A DNA stretch of 64,000 bases from an uncultured Methanomicrobiaceae archaeon (GCA_963826525.1 CAWGXH010000004.1:1152001-1216000); one strand, 5' to 3'; shown: positions 11,034-22,147, counted from the stretch's first letter. Numbers and translations: made by a program. Notes: a model not told the origin generated them from the sequence alone.

Positions 11034-12014
11034 TCAGGGCTCCCGGGCGGGGCAGACAGTGTCGCAGGAAGCGCAGCCGTCTCCTGAACAGGGCTCTACG
11101 CGAATCGTAACGCTTGCACGCGGGAACTCTGTTTTCAGGTCGGATTCGAGGTGTTCGACCAGGTCGAACGACTCCTCCACACTCGATCCCCGGGCGACGA
11201 CGAGGTGGAGGTCGATGAAACGGTTCGGGCCGGAGCGGCGGGTGCGCAGGGCGTGAAACCCGACGTAATCGGAGCAGTGATCGCAGATGATCCTCCGTAT
11301 CCGCCCCTCCTCCTCAGGTGGGAGGCTCTGATCGACGATATCGGCGAGCGAGCGGCGGGTCAGATCGAACGCAGCCTTCAGAATGATGGCCGCAACGCCG
11401 AGGGCAACCAGGGGATCGAGTATCGTGAGGCCGGTCACCCGGATCAGGACGAGCCCCGCAAAGACGCCGAGCGACGTATACACGTCTGTCCGGAGGTGCC
11501 ATGCATCGCTCTCGAGCGCGATGGACTCGGTCTCTTTCGCGACGTGCATAAGGCGGGTCGAGACGAACCAGTTGAGCACCGCCGAGAGTGCCATGATGCC
11601 GATACCGATGCCGAGCGCCTCGGTTGCGAGCGACTCCTCGCCCGTGAGGAGAGTCTGTACGGCTTCGTTAATGATCAGCAGGGCGGCGACGAAGATGAGC
11701 AGCGCCTCGATGAGGCCGGAGATGCTCTCGTACTTGCCGTGGCCGAAGGCGTGGCATTGGTCGGGGGGCTGGCCGGATCGCCTGACCGCGAAGTAGGCGA
11801 TAAGCGCTGCGATCAGGTCTATCCCCGAATGGATCGCTTCGGATATGATACCGACCGAGCCGATAGCGATGCCGACACCGAGTTTGGCAAACACCAGAAA
11901 GGTATTCGACGCGATTGAGAGGCGAGCCGTCTTCTGTTTCAGGGCATCAGTATCCGCTGGCGCGGGGGAACCGGCATTCCCGCCGAAAAATTTCGCCGTT
12001 TCCATTACCCACAT
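11034..12014 (-). CDS. Cation diffusion facilitator (FieF-like) transporter
   Basis: SEAIHSGID, HAFGHGKYE, DAWHLRTD motifs; C-terminal dimerisation domain with Cys-rich tail. Confidence 0.9.
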   Translation of the reverse strand: MWVMETAKFFGGNAGSPAPADTDALKQKTARLSIASNTFLVFAKLGVGIAIGSVGIISEAIHSGIDLIAALIAYFAVRRSGQPPDQCHAFGHGKYESISGLIEALLIFVAALLIINEAVQTLLTGEESLATEALGIGIGIMALSAVLNWFVSTRLMHVAKETESIALESDAWHLRTDVYTSLGVFAGLVLIRVTGLTILDPLVALGVAAIILKAAFDLTRRSLADIVDQSLPPEEEGRIRRIICDHCSDYVGFHALRTRRSGPNRFIDLHLVVARGSSVEESFDLVEHLESDLKTEFPRASVTIRVEPCSGDGCASCDTVCPAREP

Positions 12015-12147
12015 AGGTTATGGAGTGATCCGGGATAGGGTTTTCGTCCCTGCCCTTTGGAGTTTCCCCGCGGAGCGGACCGCCGCTCTCCTGCAGGAGG
12101 GTGGGGGTTATTCGGCTGTGGTGAGCCGGGAATCATGCTCTCCCGAC

Positions 12148-13593
12148 CTACTCCACCGTGAAGATGATGAGCGAATCGGTGCCCGCATACCCGGGCGATA
12201 TGCCTTCGGTGAGCACCACCCGCTCGCCATGCCCGATAATCCCCGACTCCCGGATAAAGTCGAGCATCGCGCCGTGCCAGTACTCCTCCTCGCTCAGGAT
12301 GAGAACCGAGTATACGCCGTAGGAGAATGCCAGAAACTTGTGGGTACTCGGATTTCTGGTAAATGCGAGTATCCAGGCATCCGGCTTGAACCGGGAGATG
12401 TGGCGGGGTGTTGCCCCGCTCCGGGTCGGTGTCAGGACATACCTGATCCCGAGCGCTTCCATCGACTCGATAACGTTTAAGGAGACCACGTCGCTGATCG
12501 TGATTCCCACTCTGCCCCTCCCTCTCCTGAAGTAGTCGACAAGGCCGCACCTCCCTGCGATACTTGAGCGCTTCTCTTCGATGTTTCGTGCGATCTTCAC
12601 CATCATCCCGACCGTCTCGACAGGGTAGCGGCCGACCGAGGTCTCTTCCGAGAGCATCACCGCATCAGTTCCGTCGAGGATGGCGTTTGCAACATCGGTC
12701 GCCTCGGCACGGGTCGGGCGGATGTTGTCGGTCATCGATTCGAGCATCTGCGTGGCGGTTATCACCGGCCTGCCGAGCGTGGTGGCCTTGAGGATGATCT
12801 GCTTCTGCACGGCAGGAACCTCCTCGATGGGTATCTGTACGCCGAGATCGCCCCGCGCTATCATCACGCCGTCGGTCGCGGCCAGAATCTCGTCGAGGTT
12901 CTGCAGCGCCTCCTGCCGCTCGATCTTCGAGATGATATGGATGGATTTGCCCTTTCCCGCGGCGAAGTCACGTGCCTTCTCGATATCCGCGGCGCTCTGG
13001 ATGAAGGAGATGCTGAAGGTATCGAGCCCTTCGGAGAGGCCGAAATCGATGCACTCGAGATCGCGGTCGGTCACGGCGCTGACAGCCACGACTCCCTCGC
13101 CGCCGATCAGGCTCATGCCTTTGTGCGAGTGGAGCGGTCCTCCGATGACCACCAGGCAGCGGACATCCTCTCCGACAATCTCCTGTACCTGGAGCTGGAT
13201 GAACCCGTCGTTGAGGTAGATGATACTCCCTTTCGAAACGAGATCTGCGAACCGGGAAAAATCGACGGGTATCTCTCCAGGCTCATACTGGCCTTTTTTC
13301 GTGGTAAGGGTGACCACCCCGCCCTTCGAGAGATGCACCGGCTCCTCGGGAAGGGTGCCGATCCGGATCTTGGGGCCGGGCAGATCGATCAGGATCGAGA
13401 CCGGGAGGTCGGCTTCATCCGCCGCTCTGCGGATCTTCCTGATAGTCTCCCGGTGCTCATCGAATGTGCCGTGGGAGAGGTTGAGCCGGGCGACATTCAT
13501 GCCGCTCTCCACCATCTCCTTCAGCACCGGTACCGAATCGGATGCCGGGCCTATCGTGCATACAATCTTTGTTTTATGGTCCGGAAGTTTCAT
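12148..13593 (-). CDS. pyk: Pyruvate kinase
   Basis: KTKIVCTIGPAS, RLNLSHG, DLPGPKIR, MIARGDLGV, ATQMLESM, DAVMLSEET. Confidence 0.95.
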   Translation of the reverse strand: MKLPDHKTKIVCTIGPASDSVPVLKEMVESGMNVARLNLSHGTFDEHRETIRKIRRAADEADLPVSILIDLPGPKIRIGTLPEEPVHLSKGGVVTLTTKKGQYEPGEIPVDFSRFADLVSKGSIIYLNDGFIQLQVQEIVGEDVRCLVVIGGPLHSHKGMSLIGGEGVVAVSAVTDRDLECIDFGLSEGLDTFSISFIQSAADIEKARDFAAGKGKSIHIISKIERQEALQNLDEILAATDGVMIARGDLGVQIPIEEVPAVQKQIILKATTLGRPVITATQMLESMTDNIRPTRAEATDVANAILDGTDAVMLSEETSVGRYPVETVGMMVKIARNIEEKRSSIAGRCGLVDYFRRGRGRVGITISDVVSLNVIESMEALGIRYVLTPTRSGATPRHISRFKPDAWILAFTRNPSTHKFLAFSYGVYSVLILSEEEYWHGAMLDFIRESGIIGHGERVVLTEGISPGYAGTDSLIIFTVE

Positions 13594-13744
13594 ACCTATC
13601 CGCTCCACGCTTATCCGGGCACCGGGGGTATCCCTGCAGTCACCTGTTCCGGTTCCCGTCGTTCATGGAGAGTGCCACAGCCAAAGAACCTATCGGTCTT
13701 CCGGGCGGTGGGGAGTGGATGCGGGCGCCGGGTGGTCCCGGGCG

Positions 13745-14960
13745 TCAGTTGCAGCCTGCCGTCCGGCCGGCGGCACGGAACAGTCCCGTCTCCGGAACGG
13801 TGACGGCGGAGAGGTCTCTTCCGCTCTCGGCACTGTACTCGCGTATCCGCCGGTGCACGTGGTCGATCATGCCGCCGGACGTAATGATCAGCGAGCTCTC
13901 GCCGATGAGGCTTTTGAGGATGCACTTGTCGATGACGCCGTAGGTGAAGTCAAGGAGGATGAGTTCCCGGTTCGCAAACTCCTTCGCCCTGCTGCCCATC
14001 GCCCCGACGTGATCGATACCCCGCTCCTCGAAGAGTGACCGGAGTTCGTCGCCGCTGATGGTGTCGGCGTTGCAGACGTACACCGTCCCCATCGTATCGG
14101 GTTCGCCCCGGCGCGGCCCGTGGCCGTGAACGTGCTGCTCGATACGGTCGGTGAACTCGAGGACGCTCTTCGGCGGGGCTCGCTCTTCGACGATGCTCCT
14201 CGCCACGAGTTCGTGGTAGAGGTCGAGGATCCAGGGCGGTTTTAAGCGTGCCGCTCGTAGGAGCGAATGGTCGGAGAAGACTTCTTCAGGTGTTCCCCGT
14301 GCAAGGACCATGCCCTGCTCCATCAGAACGATGTGATCCGCCCACCTGTAGGCAAGTTCGACGTCGTGCGTCGAGATGATGATCGTCCTGCCGCCGGTGG
14401 CGAGTTCGTCGAGGAGACTCCATGATCTCTTCGGAGCTCGCGGGGTCGAGGGAACTCGTCGGCTCGTCGAAGACCAGTACGTCGGGCTCCATGGCAAGGA
14501 TTCCCGCGATCGCGACACGCTTCTTCTCGCCCCCGGAGAGGTGGTGGGGCGGCCTTTTTTCGTATCCGACGAGCCCGACGGCGGAGAGCGCACTCCGGAC
14601 GGCACGGTCTACGTCGTCCCGGGCGAGGCCGAGATTCACCGGGCCGAAGGCGACGTCCTGGTAGACCGTGGGAGCGATGATCTGGACATCGGGGTTCTGA
14701 AAGACGAGCCCGACGCGCCTCCGCAGTTCACGAAGCGCTCTGCCTGTGTATTCGATCGGCATCCCGTTGAAGAGGACGCTCCCGCTGTCGGGTTTGATCA
14801 TCCCGTTGAAGAGCTGGAAGAGCGTCGATTTTCCGGCACCGTTCGGGCCGACGAGAGCGACTTTCGAGCCCTGCATGATGCGGACGCCGACACCTTTGAG
14901 TGCCTCGGGCCCGTGTGGATATCGGTATCGTGCGTTCTGTATCTCGAGAATTGCTCCCAT
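13745..14960 (-). CDS. cbiO: Cobalt ECF transporter ATPase with C-terminal extension (frameshift near 14420)
   Basis: GPNGAGKST Walker A, FQNPD, LSGGEKKRVAIAG, DEPT, then STHDVELA in the next frame; operon context. Confidence 0.85.
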
Positions 14961-14970
14961 GGTAAGTCCC

Positions 14971-15753
14971 TCAGCACAATGTAATGTTCGCCGTCGTGCA
15001 GGAGATGCCCGCGACGACAGCCAGGTACAGCACGACCCCCAGCGCCCCGGCGAGCGAGGCGGGGGGTGCATCGTCGGCAAGCCCGAACTTGCCGTCGTAG
15101 CAGCGGGCATCCATGGCCCGCATCAGGTGTTCGCCGCTCTCCCATGTCCGCAGGAAGAGTGCTCCCGCAAGCATCCCGAACGATTGGATCGACTCCTTAA
15201 AGGTTCCGTACCCGAGGCGCATCCGCTGCGAGCGGTAGATCTGGCCGGCCTCATCGATGAGCACGAAGATGAACCGGTAGATGAGCATGGCGAGGTCGAC
15301 GAAGACGGACGGAAACCGGAGCCGCTGCATGATCGCAAAGATATCCGTCATCGGCGTGGTCAGGGATATGAAGAAGAGCGAGCACATGCCGCCGAGGACT
15401 CGTGCCGCCAGGAGGAGAGATAAGTTCGCTCCGCCGGTGGTGACGGTGAGTGCAAAGCCCGGAAGGGGTATACTAACCAGCACCGCTCCCCCGCCGGTGA
15501 GAAAGAGGATGACGGCGATGCTCATCACCGCGAACGAGGCCGGAACCATGAGCAGGCGGGCGTAGAACCGGAGCGGTATGCGGGCGAGTCCGATCGTTAC
15601 CGCCGAGAGGGAGACGGCAATGAAGAGCGGCGTAACCGGGCCTGGGGACGACACGCAGAGGAGAATGCTGCCTAGGCCGAGGAGTATCTTTACGGACGGG
15701 TTGACGTCCCGCAGCCCGTTCTCCTGGGCAAAGTCTTCGAGCAGTTGGTGCAT
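14971..15753 (-). CDS. cbiQ: Cobalt ECF transporter T component
   Basis: LIYRFIF, SQRMRLGY, AMDARCYDG motifs; operon context. Confidence 0.9.
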   Translation of the reverse strand: MHQLLEDFAQENGLRDVNPSVKILLGLGSILLCVSSPGPVTPLFIAVSLSAVTIGLARIPLRFYARLLMVPASFAVMSIAVILFLTGGGAVLVSIPLPGFALTVTTGGANLSLLLAARVLGGMCSLFFISLTTPMTDIFAIMQRLRFPSVFVDLAMLIYRFIFVLIDEAGQIYRSQRMRLGYGTFKESIQSFGMLAGALFLRTWESGEHLMRAMDARCYDGKFGLADDAPPASLAGALGVVLYLAVVAGISCTTANITLC

Positions 15754-15813
15754 GGTCGGCGGCCACCTCCCTCTGTTGGATACGTAATAGTTTTCTACGG
15801 AAGAAGGGAAAAA

Positions 15814-16113
15814 TTACGTGGTTTTCCTGCTGCCGCGCCAGTAGCCGAAGAAGTAGCCGATGACGATCGCACCGATGGCGGCCTGCAGGGAGAAGAAGAG
15901 CGACTCGATCTCACCGCTCGGGGGCTCCCAGATCGGGCTGAACCAGGGTTCGTATCCCGATGCCTCGATGAGCTCGGCGGCGCCTCCGTCCGCTCCTCCC
16001 CAGGCTTCTTCTCCCTCGCCGAGGTTTGCCTGGATGGCTGCATTCTGAACCAGGAAGACTGCGGTAAAGATGATGATGATCGCCGCTACGGCGATCTCAA
16101 GCGCGAACTTCAT
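15814..16113 (-). CDS. cbiN: Cobalt transport protein CbiN
   Basis: WGGADG...[29 protein letters not shown]. Confidence 0.92.
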   Translation of the reverse strand: MKFALEIAVAAIIIIFTAVFLVQNAAIQANLGEGEEAWGGADGGAAELIEASGYEPWFSPIWEPPSGEIESLFFSLQAAIGAIVIGYFFGYWRGSRKTT

Positions 16114-16802
16114 GCCGCCGCCTCCTGCAGTCTCCGGATGGTGCTCTCGGAGAGGAGGTTGAGCTTCGTGAGTATCTCGGGTTTGAGCTGGACGATGTAC
16201 TTGAATACGAGCGCGATGACGGCACCTTCGACGATGGCGAGCGGGACCTGGGTGACCGCGAAGATCCCGGCGAACGCCTGGAATGCCGTGAAGAATCCTG
16301 CCTCACCGGGGAAGGCGAGCGCAAGCTGGACGGAGGTGACGACGTAGGTGAAGAGATCGGCGAGCGCGGCGGCGAGGAAGACGGTGACGTAGGTGTTGAT
16401 CCCGGCTTTCACCCCGCCCTTGTAGATGAGGTAGGCGACGATGGGTCCTGCGATTCCCATCGAGAAGACGTTTGCCCCGAGGGTCGTGATCCCCCCGTGC
16501 GCCAGGAAGAGCGCCTGGTAGATGAGGACGATAAGCCCGAGAACCGATGTAATGAACGGGCCGAAGAGAATGGCCCCAAGGCCCGTTCCGGTGGGGTGGG
16601 AGCAGCTCCCGGTCACCGACGGCAGTTTGAGCGATGAGAGGACGAAGACGAATGCGCCTGCTACGGCGAGAAGGGGCAGGGTCTCACGGTTTTCTTTCAC
16701 GAGTCTGTTCATCTGGTAAAGCCCGATGACAATGAACGGGATGGATACGGCAAACCATATCTCCCACCACGGGCTCGGCAAGAATCCTTCCATTATATGC
16801 AT
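16110..16802 (-). CDS. cbiM: Cobalt ECF transporter S component
   Basis: N-terminal MHIMEGFLP metal-binding motif; GSCSHPTG; [12 protein letters not shown]. Confidence 0.95.
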   Translation of the reverse strand: MHIMEGFLPSPWWEIWFAVSIPFIVIGLYQMNRLVKENRETLPLLAVAGAFVFVLSSLKLPSVTGSCSHPTGTGLGAILFGPFITSVLGLIVLIYQALFLAHGGITTLGANVFSMGIAGPIVAYLIYKGGVKAGINTYVTVFLAAALADLFTYVVTSVQLALAFPGEAGFFTAFQAFAGIFAVTQVPLAIVEGAVIALVFKYIVQLKPEILTKLNLLSESTIRRLQEAAA

Positions 16803-16938
16803 GCTATCACCATAATCCTGGTCCGCCCGGCCTCCGGCCAGCAGAAGCAAATTTCTTTGTCTTAATGCAATAATATTTGTTATATGCCGGTTGTGTTAGG
16901 TCATATTTATTTTATCCGGTATTCAACAGTATTGACAC

Positions 16939-18276
16939 GTGACACTCGAGATTCCCCGGATAGTGATAGCAGGGACCCACAGCGGGTGTGGGAAGACGAC
17001 CCTCGCGAGCGGCCTGATGGCGGCGCTGACCGCCCGCGGCCATGCGGTGCAGCCTTTCAAGGTCGGACCGGACTTCATCGATCCGACACACCACACCGCC
17101 ATCTGCGGCAGACCCTCGCGCAACCTCGACCCCTACATTATGGGGAGGGAAGGCGTCCGGGCGGCGTTTGCCGCTGCGTGCAACGGTGCGGATATCGCCG
17201 TTATAGAAGGCGTGATGGGTCTCTATGACGGACTCGACGACACCGACGAAGCGAGCACGGCGGACGTCGCGAAGATCCTCGCCGCCCCGGTCATCCTTAC
17301 CGTGGACGTGAAAGGGATGAGCCGGAGCGCCCACGCACTGGTAGGAGGCTTTGCCGGGTTCGACCCGGCCTTGCATCTCGCCGGCGCCGTCTTCAACCGG
17401 GTCGGGAGCCCGCGCCACCGCTCCCTTATCGAGCACGGTCTTGCCCTGCCCGGCCTCGGGTGGCTGCCGGGGCGCGACGATCTCACCGTTGCGAGCAGGC
17501 ACCTCGGGCTCTCCATGGCGATCGAGACGGAGACGATGTCGGCGTTCGGAGAGGTCGTCGAGTCGTCCTGCGATCTCGACCGGATTGAGGAGATTGCAAA
17601 AAGAGCGCCGCCCCTCCCCTCCCCGAACACGCCCCCGGACGGCGTCGCGGAACCGGAGGCGACCATCGGTGTCGCGCGTGACCGGGCATTCTGCTTCTAC
17701 TACCAGGACAATCTCGAGCGGCTCATCGCTGCAGGAGCCGATCTCCGCTTCTTCTCGCCGATGACGGATCGCCTCCCGGAGGTCGACGCCCTGTACCTCG
17801 GCGGCGGCTACCCCGAGCTCCACGCCGCCGCTCTCTCGGCGTCCCGGTGCCGGGAGGATGTGAAACGTGCTGTGGACGACGGCATGCCGGTCTACGCCGA
17901 GTGCGGCGGCCTCGTCTACCTGACCGAAGAGATCGAGGGGGACGGGAGGTACCCGATGGTAGGAGTCCTCCCCGCCCGGGCGGAGATGACCCGCCGGATC
18001 CAGGGTCTCGGGTATGTAGAAGCCCGGGCGACCGCCGGCGGCGCACCGCTCCTTCCGGCCGGGACGGTCTTCCGGGGGCACGAGTTCCACTACTCGCGTC
18101 TCGACTGTGATGCCGACGCCCGGTTTTCGCTCTCGCTCTCCCGGGGGAAGGGGATCGAGGGCGGCCGCGACGGCCTCTTCGAGCAGAATACAGTGGGTCA
18201 GTACACGCACGCCTACTTCACGGGGGAGTGCGCAGAAGCCCTCGTGCGTGCGGCGGTGCGCTACCACCGGGCGTGA
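16939..18276 (+). CDS. cbiA: Cobyrinate a,c-diamide synthase (CbiA); the F430 paralog CfbB is not excluded
   Basis: GTHSGCGKTT, FKVGPDFIDP, IEGVMGLYDG, SRHLGL, YAECGG, GHEFHYS; divergent from cbiMNQO. Confidence 0.85.
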   Translation: MTLEIPRIVIAGTHSGCGKTTLASGLMAALTARGHAVQPFKVGPDFIDPTHHTAICGRPSRNLDPYIMGREGVRAAFAAACNGADIAVIEGVMGLYDGLDDTDEASTADVAKILAAPVILTVDVKGMSRSAHALVGGFAGFDPALHLAGAVFNRVGSPRHRSLIEHGLALPGLGWLPGRDDLTVASRHLGLSMAIETETMSAFGEVVESSCDLDRIEEIAKRAPPLPSPNTPPDGVAEPEATIGVARDRAFCFYYQDNLERLIAAGADLRFFSPMTDRLPEVDALYLGGGYPELHAAALSASRCREDVKRAVDDGMPVYAECGGLVYLTEEIEGDGRYPMVGVLPARAEMTRRIQGLGYVEARATAGGAPLLPAGTVFRGHEFHYSRLDCDADARFSLSLSRGKGIEGGRDGLFEQNTVGQYTHAYFTGECAEALVRAAVRYHRA

Positions 18277-18285
18277 GCGCTCGCA

Positions 18286-20020
18286 TCACCCGTAGTATTT
18301 TTTCAGGAACTCCCGCACCTTCTCCGACTCGATCCATCCGCGATCGAGTTCGTCGACGATCGCGTCGATGATCTTTGCGTTCTGTGTTATCTTCTCGCCG
18401 ATCACTCCTTCTTCCATCCCGGCGAGCCCGACGATGACCTGGAGGGGATTTCGGATCTGATCGTTGAGGATTGCGAACTGCTCGTAGTTCTTCTGGATCT
18501 GGCCGAATGCCCGCCGTTTGAGTTCATCCATCTGCTTTCGCTCGGTGACGTCACGGGCGATGGCGATGACGATGGGCTGGCCTTCGTGCATGACGAGGTG
18601 GGCGTTGACCTCGACGGGGATCTCCGTCCCGTCGGTGGCAAGGTGCTTCGTCTCGTAGAGGACGTGACGCTCCGCGAGGAGGCGGCGCATCACCTCCCGC
18701 ACCGTCGCCTCTTCGCCTTCCCCAACGATGGTGGAGGGTGGGTTGCTCTCGAGGAGATCCCGTTCGCATTTGAGCCGCCTGCATGCTTCATCGTTCACCT
18801 CGACGAACCGCTCCGGCATCCCGGTATCATCGACGGAGAAGACGTATACGGCGTCGTTTCCGCTGTTGAAGAAGAGGCGGTAGCGCTCCTCACTCTCAAT
18901 GAGGCGACCCTCGAGCCGTCTTTGCGCCGTCTCGAGGGCGCCAAGCATCCCGTTGATATCCGTTGCGAGCGAGGTTATCTCGTCGCTTCCCGGAACCGTG
19001 ACCCTGGCCGAGAAGTTTCTGCTCGATTCGATCCCGCTCACGGTCGTGCTCAGGAACGAGAGGCGGGAGAGAACCGTCCGGTCGAGGAGCAGGAGCGAAA
19101 TAAGGCCGAAGATGAGACCCACCGCTACCAGCGAGAGAACGAAGTAGGTGGTGCTGAGCGTTCCCTGAGCGTAGATCTCACGCGGGATGGCTAACCGGAG
19201 CAGAAATGCCGGCTCGCCGTAGATATCTCCGATGACGGCATATCCGCAGAGCGTATCGTCGTCCAGCGGTTCGATGGATGTTAAGACGTTCCCGATGACG
19301 GAGTCTCCGCTTCCCCGCTCGATGAACGTCGGCAGGCTTGCGGAGAGGATGTCTCTCGCTCTCCCGACGTCGGCGGGGATGCGCGGGTCGTCGTACCGAT
19401 ACAGGGTGACCGGGAGCGACGTGATCATCGCAATGCGGGTCACTTCTGTCTCGTCGAGGTACCGTCCCATAATGATCGTCCCGATCGGATCTCCGGTGCC
19501 GTGCCGGTCGATCACCGGGCGGGATGCTATCAGAAACGGTTGGTCGGCGAGCGGAAGGAGGCCCATCGTACCGGCCGGATGTGTTGCCGTGTTGACGAGC
19601 GGCATCTTTGCGGCAATATGGGGGAGGAGATCGGACGGTACCGGTACGGCCTCTCCTCTGGTCTGGTCGTACGCCCTGCCGGCGACGATCTCCCCCGAGT
19701 CGTTCAGGATGAGGATGAGGTTCACCCCGAGCCGTTCGAAGGTCGGATCGCTGATCTTTGCCCAGGTATCGTCGAGCGTGCGGCTCTCGAGGAGCCCGGC
19801 CGTCTCGTCCCACGATGCCGTCTCATAGGTGAGGGCATCGAGTGTATTGATATCGTTGAGGAGGGCGGAGACCATGCGTTCGACGTTCTGCCGGGCTTCC
19901 TCTTCTTCCACCTGTTCGAACCCTTTTAGTACCGAAGGCATCGGAAGCGATGTACAGGACGGCCATCAGCCCGATGAGCGTGATGGTTACGATGAGAATG
20001 GTCTTTGCCCGTATCTTCAC
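18286..20020 (-). CDS. Membrane sensor: TM-CHASE4-TM-HAMP-PAS with HisKA-like tail, no HATPase (frameshift near 19935)
   Basis: N-terminal TM in ORF 19823-20020 joins ORF 18286-19941; WDET CHASE4, DEITSLATDINGML HAMP, tail NDQIRNPLQVIVG...ELDRGWIESEKVREFL; paralog of 2197-4386. Confidence 0.85.
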
Positions 20021-20183
20021 GGGGATCTGCTCCCTGAGCCGGAGAGAGGAGCGAGCGGCATCCGGCGTTACAATACAAAACGCCTCTTTCGGAGAAATAT
20101 GTTGTTACTTGTCCCGGCGTTTGTCTCTTGTTTGCCGGTTTTTTCCTTCGCTTTCAAAGAGAGGAAAGTTCGAGGGGAAGATT

Positions 20184-20813
20184 TTACTGCCCCGTCGAAT
20201 TCGTCTGCTGTGTCTGATTTACCCCTCCGACGATGATAGTGCCGGTCCACGCCGGGGCGGTTTGCGATGTGTAGTTGTAGGTGCCCGGGGTGACGAACGT
20301 CCAGGTGAAGGTCTCCCCGGGAGCGAGAAGGCCGGAGTCAAAGTTGCTGTCGATCCCTATGCCGGTGACGGTCTGGTTTGAGTTTGCTTCGTTCGTCCAG
20401 ACGACCATGCTGCCGCCCGGGACCTCAAGGGTTGCAGGGATGAAACCGCTCTGCACGATGCTCACCGAGTACGAGGATGCATTCAGGGCGGTGTAGGACG
20501 GTATTACCGGAGGCACTTCGGAGCTGGTCTCGTTCACCGTCATGTTCCCGGTCGCTGCCGTGGTCTCGTTCATCGTCATGTTCCCGGTCGTTGTCGGGGT
20601 CTCGTTCACCGTCATGTTCCCGGTCGTTGTCGGGGTCTCGTTCACCGTCATGGTCTCGTTCGCCATCACGGTCTCGGTCGGGGTCTCCATAGGTGTCCCC
20701 ATTGTCGTCGCAGTCGGTGTCTCAGTCCCGGTTGCATTGCCCTGGGGCTGCGTACATCCGGCGATGCAGATGCCGAGCACAAGGAGCCCGAGGATACCAT
20801 ACCATAGTTTCAT
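20184..20813 (-). CDS. Lipoprotein with Thr-rich repeat stalk and cupredoxin-fold domain
   Basis: IAGC lipobox; F.PATLEVP.G..VVWTN, FDSGLLAPGETF.WTF.TPGTY.Y plastocyanin-like pattern. Confidence 0.8.
   Translation of the reverse strand: MKLWYGILGLLVLGICIAGCTQPQGNATGTETPTATTMGTPMETPTETVMANETMTVNETPTTTGNMTVNETPTTTGNMTMNETTAATGNMTVNETSSEVPPVIPSYTALNASSYSVSIVQSGFIPATLEVPGGSMVVWTNEANSNQTVTGIGIDSNFDSGLLAPGETFTWTFVTPGTYNYTSQTAPAWTGTIIVGGVNQTQQTNSTGQ
20526..20652. repeat. Intragenic 36-bp tandem repeat, about 3.5 copies (encodes NETPTTTGNMTV)
   Basis: Unit ggtctcgttcaccgtcatgttcccggtcgttgtcgg starts at 20526, 20562, 20598 and 20634. Confidence 0.9.
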
Positions 20814-20941
20814 GAAGGCAATCGATATATTTTGTTATTAATATACTTATCTCCTTATGGACGTGGGAGATACCGTTCCGTGCTCATGCGCTCCTCGCCT
20901 GCATGGAACCGGTCTGCAGGGAAAAGAGTTCCCGAAGGCGG

Positions 20942-22063
20942 TTAGGGAAACGAAAAGCTGCCGTATCGCCCTCCGCCTCCGGGGTGCAGGACTACCTGCC
21001 CGCTCCGGAGAGCATCGACGGCATCCCCGACAGCAGGGTGGATCTCACGGATCTCTCCTAACGGCGCCGTTACAAGGACGGCAATCTCGTCCCCGAAGAT
21101 CGCCAGAAAGTCGTTATAGAGGGAACTGCACCGTTTCGTGAGGGGTGAAGCGGCCCCGAGCGCCTGCATGATAATCTCGGAGAGGGGGATAAGGTGCAGG
21201 TACGGCGGCCGCTCCCGCGGGACGCCGCCCGCAAGCTCGGCAGCCCGGTCGGCGACGCCCTTCTTGATCCGTTTGCCGTCCGCCGGGCACCGCCACCTGA
21301 GGTCTTCGGCCTCTTTTTGTGTATATTGGCGGTAGCACGTGCTGCAGGCGGTGCGATTGTACTTCCCCTCCTCCGGGAAGAAGCCGGCGTTCATCGCGAT
21401 GCGTCCTTCCCCGACGGCATCGAGGATCCCCCGCGGGGTCTGTGCACGACGAACATCAAGGCCGGTGAACTCCCTGCCGAGCCGGTGGGGCGCCGGGCTG
21501 TGGGCGTCGGAGTTTGAGATAAAGGGGACGGCGGCGAGCTCGGCGATGCCGGCACCGTACGACGTGTCGGCGGAGAGGCCGAGTTCGAGGAAATCTATCG
21601 GTTCGCTCCCGTAACAGTCGCCGACGCTGCCGGCATGGGCATACAGGCCCGTCCACGGGGTGAACGCATGCGCAGGGCCGATCATGCCGCCGAGATCGTG
21701 CACTCGTTCTGCTATCGCGGCGCCTGAGAGGGCGATATGCGGCCGTCCGGCGGTGCTGATGTTTTTGCTATGATCGGAGAGGACTTCGGCAAGATCCGCA
21801 CACCGGCCGAGATCCTCCATCAGGATCAGGTGATGAATGCGGTGGCAGTCCTCGACTTCGGTGGCAGGCACGACGACGATACCCTCGTCGTTCTCGAGGA
21901 GCGTCGCCCAGGCCGCCCGCCATGCCGGGTGAAGTGCATCCCCGGTTCCGATCACACCGAGCCCTTTTCGCGCGGCGGCGAGGAGGAGCGCCTCCGGTGT
22001 CATCGACGGCGACGTCGCCATAGCGTACGGCGAGTGAATATGGAGATCGGCATACAGAAGCAT
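20942..22063 (-). CDS. Endonuclease Q (TIGR00375, PHP domain plus Zn ribbon)
   Basis: DLHIHS, GTGD, PAHAFTPW, SNSDAHS, GKYNRTAC..C, KKGV, PGGGGRYG. Confidence 0.85.
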   Translation of the reverse strand: MLLYADLHIHSPYAMATSPSMTPEALLLAAARKGLGVIGTGDALHPAWRAAWATLLENDEGIVVVPATEVEDCHRIHHLILMEDLGRCADLAEVLSDHSKNISTAGRPHIALSGAAIAERVHDLGGMIGPAHAFTPWTGLYAHAGSVGDCYGSEPIDFLELGLSADTSYGAGIAELAAVPFISNSDAHSPAPHRLGREFTGLDVRRAQTPRGILDAVGEGRIAMNAGFFPEEGKYNRTACSTCYRQYTQKEAEDLRWRCPADGKRIKKGVADRAAELAGGVPRERPPYLHLIPLSEIIMQALGAASPLTKRCSSLYNDFLAIFGDEIAVLVTAPLGEIREIHPAVGDAVDALRSGQVVLHPGGGGRYGSFSFP

Positions 22064-22147
22064 TACGGATACTCGCGTCGTGAATGATCGGTTATACGGA
22101 GCACCGACCGTGCTGCCGGAAAAATACGGGAGAGATATCTGGATTAT

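Noticed and set aside
20526-20652. 36-bp repeats as a CRISPR array
   Set aside because: Units are directly adjacent with no unique spacers, lie in frame inside a CDS, and no cas genes are present
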